A DNA stretch of 64,000 nucleotides. Source: Mobula hypostoma. Lineage: Eukaryota. The stretch spans positions 124,001 to 188,000 of the forward strand of contig NC_086098.1 of NCBI RefSeq assembly GCF_963921235.1. The letters run 5' to 3'. Made by a program: the position numbers and the translations under genes. Shown one piece after another: positions 35,436-48,039 of this stretch. Numbering within the stretch: the first letter of the stretch is position 1; every line of letters starts with the position of its first letter. Below the pieces are notes generated by a model. That model made no database searches. It was not told the origin of the DNA and saw nothing but the letters and a program-made list of their open reading frames with translations.

Positions 35436-35867
35436 GCACGTACAGAAGCCTGAAGGCACACACTCAGCGATTCAGGAACAGTTTATTCCCCTCCTGCCAT
35501 CCAATTCCTAAATAGACATTGAACCCATGAACACTACCTCACTTTTAAATATATACTATTCCTCTTTTTGCATGATTTTTAATCTAATCAATTTACATGT
35601 ACGGTGATTTATTTATTTATTTTTACTTCTTTTCTTCTGTATTATGTATTGCATTGAACTGCTGCTGCTAAGATAACAAATTCCACGACACATGCTGGTG
35701 ATAATAAACTGATTCTGATCCTGAATGCTATTTGCTTACTTTTATTGTTTGCAAGGTTTTTGTTTTTTTCTGCATATTTGGGTGTTTGACTGTCTTCTTT
35801 TTTCAATGGTTCAATTGGTTGCTTTGTTTTGTAGCTGCTTGGAAAATAACAAATCTCAAAGTTGTAT

Positions 35868-38800
35868 AGAACATAGAACATAGAATAGTACAACACAGTA
35901 CAGGCCCTTCGGCCCACAATGTTGTGCCAACCCTCATACCCTGCCTCCCATATAAGCCGCCAACTTAAATTCCTCCATATACCTGTCTAGTAGTCTCTTA
36001 AATTTCACTAGTGTATCTGCCTCCACCACTGACTCAGGCAGTGCATTCCACACACACACCAACCACTCTGAATAAAAAACCTTCCTCTAATATCCGCCTT
36101 GAACTTCCCACACCTTACTTTAAAGCCATGTCCCCTCGTATTGATCAGTGGTGCCCTGGGGAAGAGGCGCTGGCTATCCACCCTATCTATTCCCCTCATT
36201 ATCTGGTACACCTCTATCATGTCTCCTCTCATCCTCCTTCTCTCCAAAGAGTAAAGCCATAGCTCCCTTAATCTCTGATCATAATGCATACTCTCTACAC
36301 CAGGCAGCATCCTGGTAAATCTCCTCTGTACCCTTTCCAATGCTTCCACATCCTTCCTATAGTGAGGCGACCAGAAATGGACACAGTACTCCAAGTGTGG
36401 CCTAACCAGAGTTTTATAGAGCTGCATCATTACACCACGACTCTTAAACTCTATCGCTCGACTTATGAAAGCTAACATCCCATAAGCTTTCTTAACTACC
36501 CTATCCATCTGTGAGGCAACTTTCAGGGATCTGTGGACATGTACCCCCAGATCCCTCTGCTCCTCCACACTGCCAAGTATCCTGCCATTTACTTTGTACT
36601 CTGCCTTGGAGTTTGTCCTTCCAAAGTGTACCACCTCACACCTCTCCGGGTTGAACTCCGTCTGCCACATCTCAGCCCACTTCGGCATCCTATCAATGTC
36701 TCTCTGCAATCTTTGACAATCCTCTACACTATCTACAACACCACCAACCTTTGTGTCGTCTGCAAACTTGCCAACCCACCCTTCTACCCCCACATCCAGG
36801 TTGTTAATAAAAATCACGAAAAGTAGAGGTCCCGGAACAGAACCTTGTGGGCACCACTAGTCACAATCCTCCAATCTGAATGTACTCCTTCCACCATCAC
36901 CCTCTGTCTTCTGCGGGTAAGCCAATTCTGAATCCACCTGGCCAAACTTCCCTGGATCCCATGCCTTCTGACTTTCTGAATAAGCCTACCATGTGGAACC
37001 TTGTCAAATACCTTACTAAATCCATATAGATCACATCCACTGCTAACCAATTTCCTCCGGGATCAATAAAGTATAACTATGACTATGACTATGACTATGA
37101 CTATATGCCTAGTCACCTCCTCAAAGAACTCTATCTATTGTTAGACACGATCTGCCCTTCACAAAGCCATGCTGACTGTCCCTGATCAGACCATGATTCT
37201 CTAAATGCCCAGAGATCCTATCTCTAAGAATGTTTTCCAACAGCTTTCCCACCACAGACGTAAGGCTCACTGGTCTATAATTACCCGGACTATCCCTACT
37301 ACCTTTTTGAACAAGGGGACAACATTCGCCTCCCTCCAATCCTCTGGTACCATTCCCGTGGACAATGAGGACATAAAGATCCTAGCCAGGGGCTCAGCAA
37401 TCTCTTCCCTCGCCTCGTGGAGCAGCCTGGGGAATATTCCGTCAGGCCCCAGGGACTTATCCGTCCTAATGTATTTTAACAATTCCAACACCTCCTCTCC
37501 CTTAATATCAACATGCTCCAGAACATCAACATCACTTATATTGTCCTCACCGTCATCAAGTTTCCACTCATTGGTGAATACCGAAGAGAAGTATTCATGG
37601 AGGACCTCGCTTGCTTCCACGGCCTCCAGGCACATCTTCCCACCTTTATCGCTAATCGGTCCTACCTTCACTCCTGTCATCCGTTTATCTTCAGATAATT
37701 GAAGAATGCCTTGGGGTTTTCCATTACCCTACTCGCCAAGGCCTTCTCATGCCCCCCTTCTTGTTCTTCTCAGCCCTTTCTTAAGCTCCTTTCTTGCTTC
37801 CTTATATTCCTCAATAGACCCATCTGATCCTTGCTTCCTAAACCTCATGTATGCTGCCTTCTTCCACCTGACTAGATTTTCCACCTCACTTGTCACCCAT
37901 GGTTCCTTCACCCTACCATTCTTTATCTTCCTCACCGGGACGAATTTATCCCTAACATCCTGCAAGAGATCTCTAAACGTCGACCACCTGTCCATAGTAC
38001 ATTTCCCTGCAAAAACACCATCCCAGTTCACACCTGCAAGTTCTAGCTTTATAGCCACATAATTTGCCTTTCCCCAATTAAAAATTTTCCTGTTCTCTCT
38101 GATTCTATCCTTTTCCATGATAATGCTCACCCCCTGAGAGATCTGTGACCTGACCCGGTTCATTACCTAGTACCAGATCTAGTATGGCATTCTCCCTAGT
38201 CGGCCTGTCCACATACTGTGACAGGAATCCGTCCTGGACATACTTAACAAACTCTGCCCCATCTAAACCCTTGGAACTAATCAGCTGCCAATCAATATTA
38301 GGGAAGTTAAAGTCACCCATGATAACAACCCTGTTATTTTTGCACCATTCCAAAATCTGCCTCCCAATCTGCTCCTCTGTATCTCTGCTGCTACCAGGGG
38401 GCCTGTAGAATATCCCCAATAGAGTAACTGCTCCCTTCCTGTTCCTGACTTCCACCCATATTGACTCAAAAGAGGATCCTGCTGCATTACCCACCCTTTC
38501 TGTAGCTGTAATAGTATCCCTGACCAGTAATGCCCCCCCTCCTCCCCTTTTTCCGCCCTCTCTATCCCTTTTAAAGCACTGAAATCCAGGAATATTGAGA
38601 ATCCATTCCTGCCCTGGTGCCAGCCAAGTCTCTGTAATGGCCACTACATCATAATTCCATGTATGTATCCAAGCTCTCAGTTCATCACCTTTGTTCCTGA
38701 TGCTTCTTGCATTGAGGTACACACATTTCAGCCCTTCTACCTTATTGTCTTTACACTGTTTATTCTGCTTCTCTTTCCTCAAAGCCTCTCTACATGTTAG

Positions 38801-39915
38801 ATCTGGCTTTACTCCATGCACTTCTTTCACTGCTCTATCGCTCTGGGTCCCATCCCCCTTGCAAATTAATTTAAACACTCCTGAACCATGCTAGCAATCC
38901 TACCTGCAAGGATATTTCTCCCCCTCGAGTTCAAGTGCAACCCATCCAATCTGTACACATCCCACCTTCCCCAGAAGAGATCTCAATGATCCAAAAATCT
39001 AAAACCCTGCTCCCTGCACCAACTCCTCAGCCATGCATTCAACTGCCATCTCCTCCAATTCTTCCCATCACTGTCACGTAGTACTGGCAGCAATCCTGAG
39101 AACGCCACTCTTGAGGTCCTGTTCTTCAGCCTTCTGCCTAGTTCCCGAAACTCACACTTCAGGACCTCATCCCTCTTCCTGCCTATGTCATTGGTCCCAA
39201 CATGTATCATGACTTCTGGTTGCTTTCCCTCTCGTACAAGGATGTCATGCACCCGGTCAGAGACATCCTGGACCCTGGCACCCGGGAGGCAACAAACCAT
39301 GCGGGTGTCCTTCTCACTTCCTCAAAATCTCCTGTCTGCTCCCCTGACTATAGAGTCTCCAATGACGACAGCTCTTCTTTTCTCCGTCCCACCCTTCAGC
39401 ACCACCAGGTCAGACTCAGTGCCGGAGCCCTGCCACCGTGGCTCACACCTGGTCGGTTGTCCCCGCCAACAGTATCCAGGACGGTAAACTTATTATTCAG
39501 GGGAATGGCTACAGGGGTGTTCTGCACTACCTGTCTGCTCACCTTCGCTTTCCCCCTCTGACTGTCACCCAGTGACCTGCTTCCGACAGCCTAGGTGTGA
39601 CTACCTCCCTGTAGCTCTCATCTATGACTGCCTCATTCTCTCTTATGAGTCGAAGGTCATCCAGCTGCTGCTCCAGATTCCTTACACGGTCTTCCAGATC
39701 GCCCAGCTGTATGCACTTCTGGCAGATGTGACTCTGTGGGAGAGGGGCGTTCCCCCAAGACTGCCACATCTCACATGAGAGGCACATAACCATCTCAGGA
39801 GGCATTGTAAAGACTAACTGCGAGCTAGCTTGTCCTCTGCCTCTTCTCGTCGAAGCCTCTCGAGTCAAAGCCTCAAAGCTCCACTCCTTCATTGCTCACG
39901 CACTCACTGGCCGCT
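35868..39915 (-). mobile_element. Essentially full-length CR1 (ORF1 zinc-finger/coiled-coil/esterase, ORF2 EN-RT), frameshifted
   Basis: CLSC...HICQKC, LEDRVRNLEQQL, CLPGARV..HVGTND, YLNARS, MGDFN, KFADD and an (AACATAG)n tail. Confidence 0.95.
37047..37103 (+). mobile_element. ~55-nt Rex1/Babar extreme 3' tail inserted in CR1
   Basis: CCAATTTCCTCCGGGATCAATAAAGTA(TGACTA)n is the reverse complement of 21329-21371. Confidence 0.8.
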
Positions 39916-40039
39916 TTGACAATAAATGTACTTTGAAGTTTGAACAATAAAGACTTGTGCTGTTCAACCATCTGGAATGTTACTGAAATCTTTAACCTTT
40001 CACTTTAGCAGTCTGGGGTACCCACTTGTCTCAAGCAAG

Positions 40040-40325
40040 TTTCAATCATGGGCATGTCCAGCAGCACTTACATCCTCTGTGATTAAGTGTTTTGAAAGGT
40101 TGGTGATGAAACATATCAATTCCTGCTAGAGGAGTGATTTGAATGTGCTCCAATTTGCAAACCATCACAACAGGTTAACTGCAGATGCTATTTTATTGGC
40201 TCTTCACTTAACACTGAATTATCTGGACAGCAAAGATGCCGACATCAAAATGCTCTTCATTAACTACAACTTAGCATTAAATACTATCATCCCCTCAAAA
40301 CTAATCAGTTATCTACAAAACCTAG
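40040..40325 (+). mobile_element. Rex1/Babar RT fragment
   Basis: LQFA..HNR.TADAI...MLFINY..A.NTIIPSKL. Confidence 0.7.
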
Positions 40326-40826
40326 GTCTAGTAATGTAAAGCAGGATACCAAAAGTTTTTTCAGTTATATAAGGAGTACAAGGGAGATGAGAGTTGATAC
40401 TGGGTCACTGGAAAATGATGCTGGCAAGGGAGTGATGGGGGACAAAGAAATGGCCCATGACTTAATGGGTACTTTGCATCTGTCTTCACTGTGGAAGACA
40501 CTAGCAGTGTGCCAGAAGACTAATGATAAAATAACAAACCTATCGTATCCGCCTCCACCACCGTTGCCAGCAGCCCATTCCACACATGTCCAGTTGATAC
40601 AAAGATAGGTGGAAGAGCGGGCAGTGTTGAGGAAACAGAGGGCCTGCAGAGAGACTCAGATAGTTTAGGGGAATGGGCAAAGAAGTGGCAAATGAAATAC
40701 AATGTTGGAAGGAGGATGGTCATGCACTTCAGTGGAAGAAATAAATGGGCAGACTATTATTTAGATGGGGAGAGAATTCAAAATGCAGAGATGCAAAGGG
40801 ACTTGGGAGTCCTTGTGCAAGATACC

Positions 40827-42009
40827 TGTAACACGCTGTAAGGTATCACTGCTAATGTAATGGCCTCTCTGTAATGTCTCACAGGGGGGAGGAAGAGATA
40901 GCAGTGCGCCGCGCACAGCCCTCTGGTGAAAATGATATTGTATCCATTAAATAGGGGCTGTGGACAATTCTGATTTGATGGAGACAGACGTGAAAGCACA
41001 GAGGAACACCCGGAGAAATTTCTGAAACGCTCGTTCGCTGCTGTCGTTACTGCACGATCGAGAATCTTCTGGAGGGAAGGCCTCAAAGTCCCCGGCTTTG
41101 CCTGCTGTTGGCGACCGAGATTGAGGTCGAATCGTTCGGATAGGGATGATGCTCGGTACTCGGTGTCGGAGAGCTGATCGGAGGCTCGAAGTTTTCGGAT
41201 GACTCAGAGTCGGACTGCGGTCGGGCATGGCAGGGAGAGTTTTTCTTCCTTCTCCCGTTTGCGTGAGATGTGGGACATTTGAGAGACTTGGAACTTTTTA
41301 CTGTGCCATGGACTGTTCTTCATCAAGTTATAGTATTGTTGCACCGTTGTAACTATATGTTATATTTTTGTTAGTTTTTTCAGTCTTGGTCTGTCCTGTG
41401 TTTTGTGATATCACACCGGAGGAAATATTGTATCACTTCTTAATGCATGCATTACTAAATGACAATAAAAGAGGACTGCGTGTCTTCATAATCTAATGTA
41501 ATGGTTTCTCTGCAGCAGCAAAGTTTGGGGTATGACTAGAGATAATGGGGCTTTGGAATGTGGGGGGGTATCCAATGAGAGAAATGTTGTTCTTTCTTAT
41601 GAGTGTGGAAGAAAGATTTTTGTGGTCTTTTGTCAGGGAGAGAAAAAGAAGGAAGATGCGTGTGGAGAGAGCTGGATGGACTGGACTGGGAGTGAGGGTC
41701 CAAAGGTCAGCGATGCTTGGGGGAGGTCGATGGTTGATGAATGGCCGTATCAGTGAGCTCCAACGTGCACTTTTGACTTTTTCTTTAAAATGGGCCCTTT
41801 TTCTTTTTATTTTCTTTACTAACCCTATATTCAGATTAAGATTTATAAAGTTCAATCATTTAATTGCATATGGTGTACTGTCTGATATTTTGCAGTGTAA
41901 CCGGGCAACACATCATGCAGCATCCACACAAATGAGATTTTTCAGTTTGGCAGGGCCAGAGGCTATCTTCCCCAAGACAAACGCATGCTGGCCGAACCTC
42001 AGGGTTACA
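40827..42009. mobile_element. Solo LTR (4-bp TSD, Gypsy/ERV-type) carrying a ~620-bp insertion
   Basis: TGTAAC...GTTACA termini and TSD TACC at 40823-40826 and 42010-42013. Confidence 0.88.
40881..41495 (+). mobile_element. Non-autonomous ~620-bp retroposon, copy 2
   Basis: Homologous along its length to 34717-35335 and flanked by TAATG. Confidence 0.75.
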
Positions 42010-42892
42010 TACCCTAAAGGATAACCTCCAGGTTGAGCTGGTTGCAAAGAAGGCGAATGCAATGTTGGCATTCATTTCTAGATGTATAGAATATAAGAGC
42101 AGAGATGTGATGTTGAGGCTCTAAAAGGCACTTACGAGATCACATGGAGTATTGTGTGCAGTTTTGGGCTCCTTATTTTAGAAAGGATATACTGATATTG
42201 GAGTGAGTTCAGAGAAGATTCACAAGAATGATTCCAGGAATGAAAGGGTTATCATATGAGGAACATCTGTTAGCTCTTGGGCTGTATTCCCTGGAGCTCA
42301 GGAGAATGAGGGGGGATCTCATAGAAACATTCCAAATGTTAAAAGGCCTGAACAGATTAGATATGCCAAAGCTATTCCCCATGGTAGGGGATTCTAGAAC
42401 AAGAGGGCACAACTTCAAGATTGAAGGATGCCCTTTTAGAACTGAGGTGCGGAGAAATTACTTTAGTCAGAGGGTGGTAAATCTATGGAATTCGTTGCCA
42501 TGAGTGGCCGTGGAGGCTAAGTTATTGGGTGTAATTAAGGCAGAGATAAATAGGTTCTTGATTAGCCAGGGCATCAAAGAGCATGGGGTGAAAACTGCGG
42601 ATTGGGGATGACTGGAAGAATTGGATCAGCCCATGATTGAATGGTGGAGCAGACTCAGTGGGCCAAATGGCCTACTTCTGCTCCTATATCTTATCTTAAG
42701 AGCAGGAGTCGGCCATCTGGCCCATCAAACCTGCTCCGCCATTCAATAAGATCATGACTGATCTGGCCATGGACTCATCTCCACCTCGCTGCCTTTTACC
42801 CATAAGCCTTAATTCCCCATAACCCTTAATTCCCCTACTATGCAAAAATCGACCCAACCTTGTCAAGTATATTTACTGAGCTTCATTGGGCA

Positions 42893-45800
42893 TAGAAACA
42901 TAGAAAATAGGTGCAGGAGTAGGCCATTTGGCCCTTCGAGCCTGCACAACCATTCAGTATGATCATGGCTGATCATCCAACTCAGAACCCTGTACCAGCC
43001 TTCCCTCCATACCCCCGATCCCTTTAGCCACAAGGGCCATATCTAACTCCCTCTTAAATATAGCCAGTGAACTGGCCTCAACTGTTTCCTGTGGCAGAGA
43101 ATTCCACAGATTCACCATTCTCTGTGTGAAGAGGTTTTTCCTCATCTCGGTCCTAAAAGGCTTCCCCTTTATCCTCAAACTGTGACCCCTTGTTCTGGAC
43201 TTCCCCAACATCAGGAACAATCTTCCTGCATCTGGCCTGTCCAATCCCTTTAGGATTTTATATGTTTCAATAAGATCCCCCCTCAATCTTCTAAATTCCA
43301 ACGAGTATAAGCCTAGTTGATCCAGTCTTTCATCATATGAAAGTCCTGTCATCCCAGGAATCAATCTGGTGAACCTTCTTTGTACTCCCTCTGTGGCAAG
43401 GATGTCTTTCCTTAGAATAGGGGACCAAAACTGCACACAATACTCCAGGTGTGGTCTCACCAAGGCCTTGTACAACTGCAGTAGTACCTCCCTGCTCCTG
43501 TACTCGAATCCTCTTGCTATGAATGCCAGCATACCGTGTGCCTTTTTCACCACCTGCTGTACCTGCATGCCCACTTTCAATGACTAGTGTATAATGACAC
43601 CCAGGTCTCGTTGCACCTCCTCTTTTCCTAATCGGCCACCATTCAGATAATAATCTGTTTTCCTGTTTTTGCTACCAAAGTAGATAACCTCACATTTATC
43701 CACATTAAATTGCATCTGCCATGAATTTGCCCACTCACCTAACCTATCCAAGTCACCCTGCATCCTCTTAGTATCCTCCTTACAGCTAACACTGCCGCCC
43801 AGCTTCGTGTCATCCGCAAACTTGGAGATGCTGCATTTAATTCCCTCATCTATATATTAATATATATTGTAAACAACTGGGGTCCCAGCACTGAGCCTTG
43901 CGGAACCCCACTAGTCACCGCCTGCCATTCTGAAAAGGTCCCGTTTATTCCCACTCTTTGCTTCCTGTCTGCTAACCAATTCTCTATCCACATCAATACC
44001 TTACCCCCAATACCGTGTGCTTTAAGTTTGCACACTAATCTCCTGTGTGGGACCTTGTCAAAAGCCTTTTGAAAATCCAAATATACCACATCCACTGGTT
44101 CTCCCCTATCCACTCTACTAGTTACATCCTCAAAAAATTCTATGAGATTTGTCAGACATGATTTTCCTTTCACAAATCCATGCTGACTTTGTCCGATGAC
44201 TTCACTGCTTTCCAAATGTGCTGTTATCACATCTTTGATAACTGACTCTAGCATTTTCCCCACCACCGATGTCAGGCTAACCAGTCTATAATTCCCCGGT
44301 TTCTCTCTTCCTCCTTTTTTAAAAAGTGGGGTTACATTAGCTACCCTCCAATCCTCAGGAACTAGTCCAGAATCTAAAGAGTTTTGAAAAATTATCACTA
44401 ATGCAGCCACTATTTCTTGGGCTACTTCCTTAAGCACTCTGGGATGCAGACTATCTGGCCCTGGGGATTTATCTGCCTTTAATCCCTTCAATTTACCTAA
44501 CACCACTTCCCTACTAACATGTATTTCCCTCAGTTCCTCCATCTCACCGGACCCTCTGTCCCCTACTATTTCCGGAAGATTATTCATGTCCTCCTTAGTG
44601 AAGACAGAACCAAAATAGTTATTCAATTGGTCTGCCATGTCCTTGCTCCCCATAATCAATTCATCTGTTTCTGTCTGTAGGGGACCTATATTTGTCTTAA
44701 CCAATCTTTTTCTTTTCACATATCTATAAAAGCTTTTACAGTCAGTTTTTATGTTCCCTGGCAGTTTTCTCTCATAATCTTTTTTCCCCCTTCCTAATTA
44801 AGCCCTTTGTCCTGCTCTGCTGGACTCTGAATTTCTCCCAGTCCTCAGGTGAGCTACTTTTTCTGGTTAATTTGTATGCTTCTTCTTTGGAATTGATACT
44901 ATCCCTAATTTCCCTTGTCAGCCATGGGTGCACTACCTTCCTTGATTTATTCTTTTGCCAAACTGGGATGAACAATTGTTGTAGTTCATCCATGCGATCT
45001 TTAAATGCTTGCCATTGCTTTAAGTGTCATTTGCCAGTCTATTTTAGCTAATTCATGTCTCATACCTTCAAAGTTACCCTTCTTTAAGTTCAGAACCTTT
45101 GTTTCTGAATTAACTACGTCACTCTCCATGTTAATGAAGAATTCCACCATATTATGGTCACTCTTACCCAAGGACCCTCTCACGACAAGATTGCTAATTA
45201 AACCTTCCTCATTGCTCAATACCCAGTCTAGAATAGCCTGCTCTCTAGTTGGTTCCTCGACATGTTGGTTCAAAAAACCATCCCGCATACATTCCAAGAA
45301 ATCCTCTTCCTCAGCACCCTTACCAATTTGGTTCACCCAATCTATATGTAGATTGAAGTCACCCATTATAACTGCTGTTCCTGTATTGCACACACTTCTA
45401 ATTTCCTGTTTAATAACATCCCCAACCTCACTACTACTGTTAGGTGGCCTGTACACAACTCCCACACAACTTTCTGCCCCTTAGTGTTATGCAGCTCTAC
45501 CCATATCGATTCCACATCCTCCTGGCCAATGTCCTTCCTTTCCATTGCGTTAATCTCTCCTTTAACCAGCATCGCCACCCCACCTCCCCTTCCTTCATGT
45601 CTATTCCTCCTGAATATTGAATATCCCTGAACGTTGAGCTCCCATCCCTGGTCACCCTGGAGCCATGTCTCTGTGATCCCAACTATATCATATTCATTAA
45701 TAACAATCTGCACTTTTAATTCATCCACCTTGTTACGAACGCTCCTTGCATTGACACACAAAGCCTTCAGGCTCGCTTTTACAACACTCTTAGCCCTTAT

Positions 45801-46065
45801 ACAATTATGTTGAAAAGTGGCCCTTTTTGATTTTTGCCCTGGATTTGCCGGCCTGCCACTTTTACTTTTCACCTTACTGCTTTTTGCCTCTACCCTCATT
45901 TTACACCCCTCTGTCTCTCTGCACTTGTTCCCATCCCCCTGTTTTGAGCTAACCTCCTAGTCTCTTTAATTTGATTCCCACCCCCCAACCATTCTAGTTT
46001 AAAGTCACCTCAGTAGCCCTCGCAAATCTCCTCGCCAGGATATTGGTCCCCCTAGGATTCAAGTG
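42893..46065 (-). mobile_element. CR1 LINE with near-complete ORF2 (EN-RT), frameshifted
   Basis: CVNARS, ITETW, YRPP, MGDFN, SDHN, NYRLVSLTS, PQGSVLGP and a TAGAAACA tail. Confidence 0.95.
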
Positions 46066-46082
46066 AGGTTTGTTTTCACATT

Positions 46083-47759
46083 AACTAACTAAAGGTGTAG
46101 CTATGGGCACCCGTATGGGTCCTAGCTATGCCTGCCTTTTTGTTGGGTTTGTGGAGCAATCTATGTTCCGTGCCTATTCTGGTATCTGTCCCCCACTTTT
46201 CCTTCGCTACATCGACGACTGCATTGGCGCTGCTTCCTGCACGCATGCAGAACTCGTTGACTTTATTAACTTTGCCTCCAACTTTCACCCTGCCCTCAAG
46301 TTTACCTGGTCCATTTCCGACACCTCCCTCCCCTTTCTAGATCTTTCTGTCTCTGTCTCTGGAGACAGCTTATCCACTGATGTCTACTATAAGCCTAATG
46401 ACTCTCACAGCTATCTGGACTATTCTTCTTCTCACCCTGTCTCTTGCAAAAACGCCATCCCCTTCTCGCAATTCCTCCGTCTCCGCCGCATCTGCTCTCA
46501 GGATGAAGCTTTTCATTCTAGGACGAGGGAGATGTCTTCATTTTTTAAAGAAAGGGGCTTCCCTTCCTCCACTATCAACTCTGCTCTTAAACGCATCTCC
46601 CCCATTTCACGTACATCTGCTCTCACTCCATCCTCCCGCCACCCCACTAGGAATAGGGTTCCCCTGGTCCTCACCTACCACCCCACCAGCCTCCGGGTCC
46701 CACATATTATTCTCCGTAACTTCCGCCACCTCCAATGGGATCCCACCACTAAGCACATCTTTCCCTCCCCCCCTTTCTCTGGCATTCCGCAGGGATCGCT
46801 CCCTACACAACTCCCTTGTCCATTCGTCCCCCCCATCCCTCCCCACTGATCTCCCTCCTGGCACTTGTCCGTGTAAGCGGAACAAGTGCTACACATGGCC
46901 TTACACTTCCTCCCTTACCACCATTCAGGGCCCCAAACAGTCCTTCCAGGTGAGGCATCACTTCACCTGTGAGTCGACTGGGGTAATATACTGCGTCCGG
47001 TGCTCCCGATGTGGCCTTTTATATATTGGCGAGACCCGACGCAGACTGGGAGACCGCTTTGCTGAACATCTACGCTCTGTCCGCCAGAGAAAGCAGGATC
47101 TCCCAGTGGCCACACATTTTAATTCCACATCCCATTCCCATTCTGACATGTCTATCCACGGCCTCCTCTACTGTAAAGATGAAGCCACACTCAGGTTGGA
47201 GGAACAACACCTTATATTCCGTCTGGGTAGCCTCCAACCTGATGGTATGAACATCGACTTCTCTAACTTCCGCTAAGGCCCCCCCCCACCCCCGTACCCC
47301 ATCTGTTACTTATTTTTATGCACACATTCTTTCTCTCACTCTCCTTTTTCTCCCTCTGTCCCTCTGAATATACCTCTTGCCCATCCTCTGGGTCCCCCCC
47401 CCTTGTCTTTCTTCCCGGGCCTGCTGTCCCATGATCCTCTCGTATCCCCTTTTGCCTATCACCTGTCCAGCTCCTGGCTCTATCCCTCCCCCTCCTGTCT
47501 TCTCCTATCCTTTTGGCTCTCCCCCTCCCCCTCCAACTTTCAAATCCCTTATCCAATTCTTGCTGATGAGACCCACCACGATCGTGTCATCAGCGAACTT
47601 GATGATGTGGTTCAAGCTGTGTGTTGCAGCACAGTCGTGGGTCAGCAGAGTAAACAGCAGTGGACTGAGCACACAGCCCTGGGGGGCCCCCGTGCTCAGT
47701 GTGATGGTGTTGGAGATGTTGCTTGAATTTCCAGCATCTGCAGAATTCCTGTTTGCGTT
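46083..47759 (+). mobile_element. Penelope-like element, 5'-truncated with one frameshift; the ribozyme segment is replaced by Rex1 sequence
   Basis: RYIDD and YIGET ORFs. TSD TTTGTTTTCACATT at 46069-46082 and 47760-47773. Confidence 0.92.
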
Positions 47760-47773
47760 TTTGTTTTCACATT

Positions 47774-48037
47774 GTTTGTCAATAAGTTAGATAATGGAAT
47801 TGATTGCATTGAAGGGGTTAGTAGTGCTGAGGAAGCAATGCAATTGCAGCAGGACTTAGACAAATTGGAAGAATGGGCATAAAAGTGGTAGATGGAATAC
47901 AGTGCTGGGAAATGCATTTTAGTAAAAGGAACAATAGTGCGGACTATTATCTAAATGGGAAAAAGGTTGAAATGTTAGAGGTTCAGGGAGTCTTAGCAGT
48001 CCTCGTGCAAGATTCCCAGAAGGTTAGTTTACAGGTT
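47774..48037 (+). mobile_element. Decayed CR1 RT fragment
   Basis: LQQDLDKLEEWA and SADYYLNG. Confidence 0.7.
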
Positions 48038-48039
48038 CA

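Larger units (their letters stand above)
32575..35725 (+). mobile_element. Rex1/Babar LINE, decayed, interrupted by a SINE and a solo LTR
   Basis: GPNGVPG..LKTCANQL, LNDYCPVAL, SAFNTI, KFAED, KFLGV and a GATTCT tail at ~35710. Confidence 0.88.
40330..42695 (+). mobile_element. CR1 fragments interrupted by a solo LTR
   Basis: DTKIGG, RDLGVLVQDT|LK joined across the LTR, then MIPGMKGLSYE...QRVVNLWNSLP. Confidence 0.85.
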
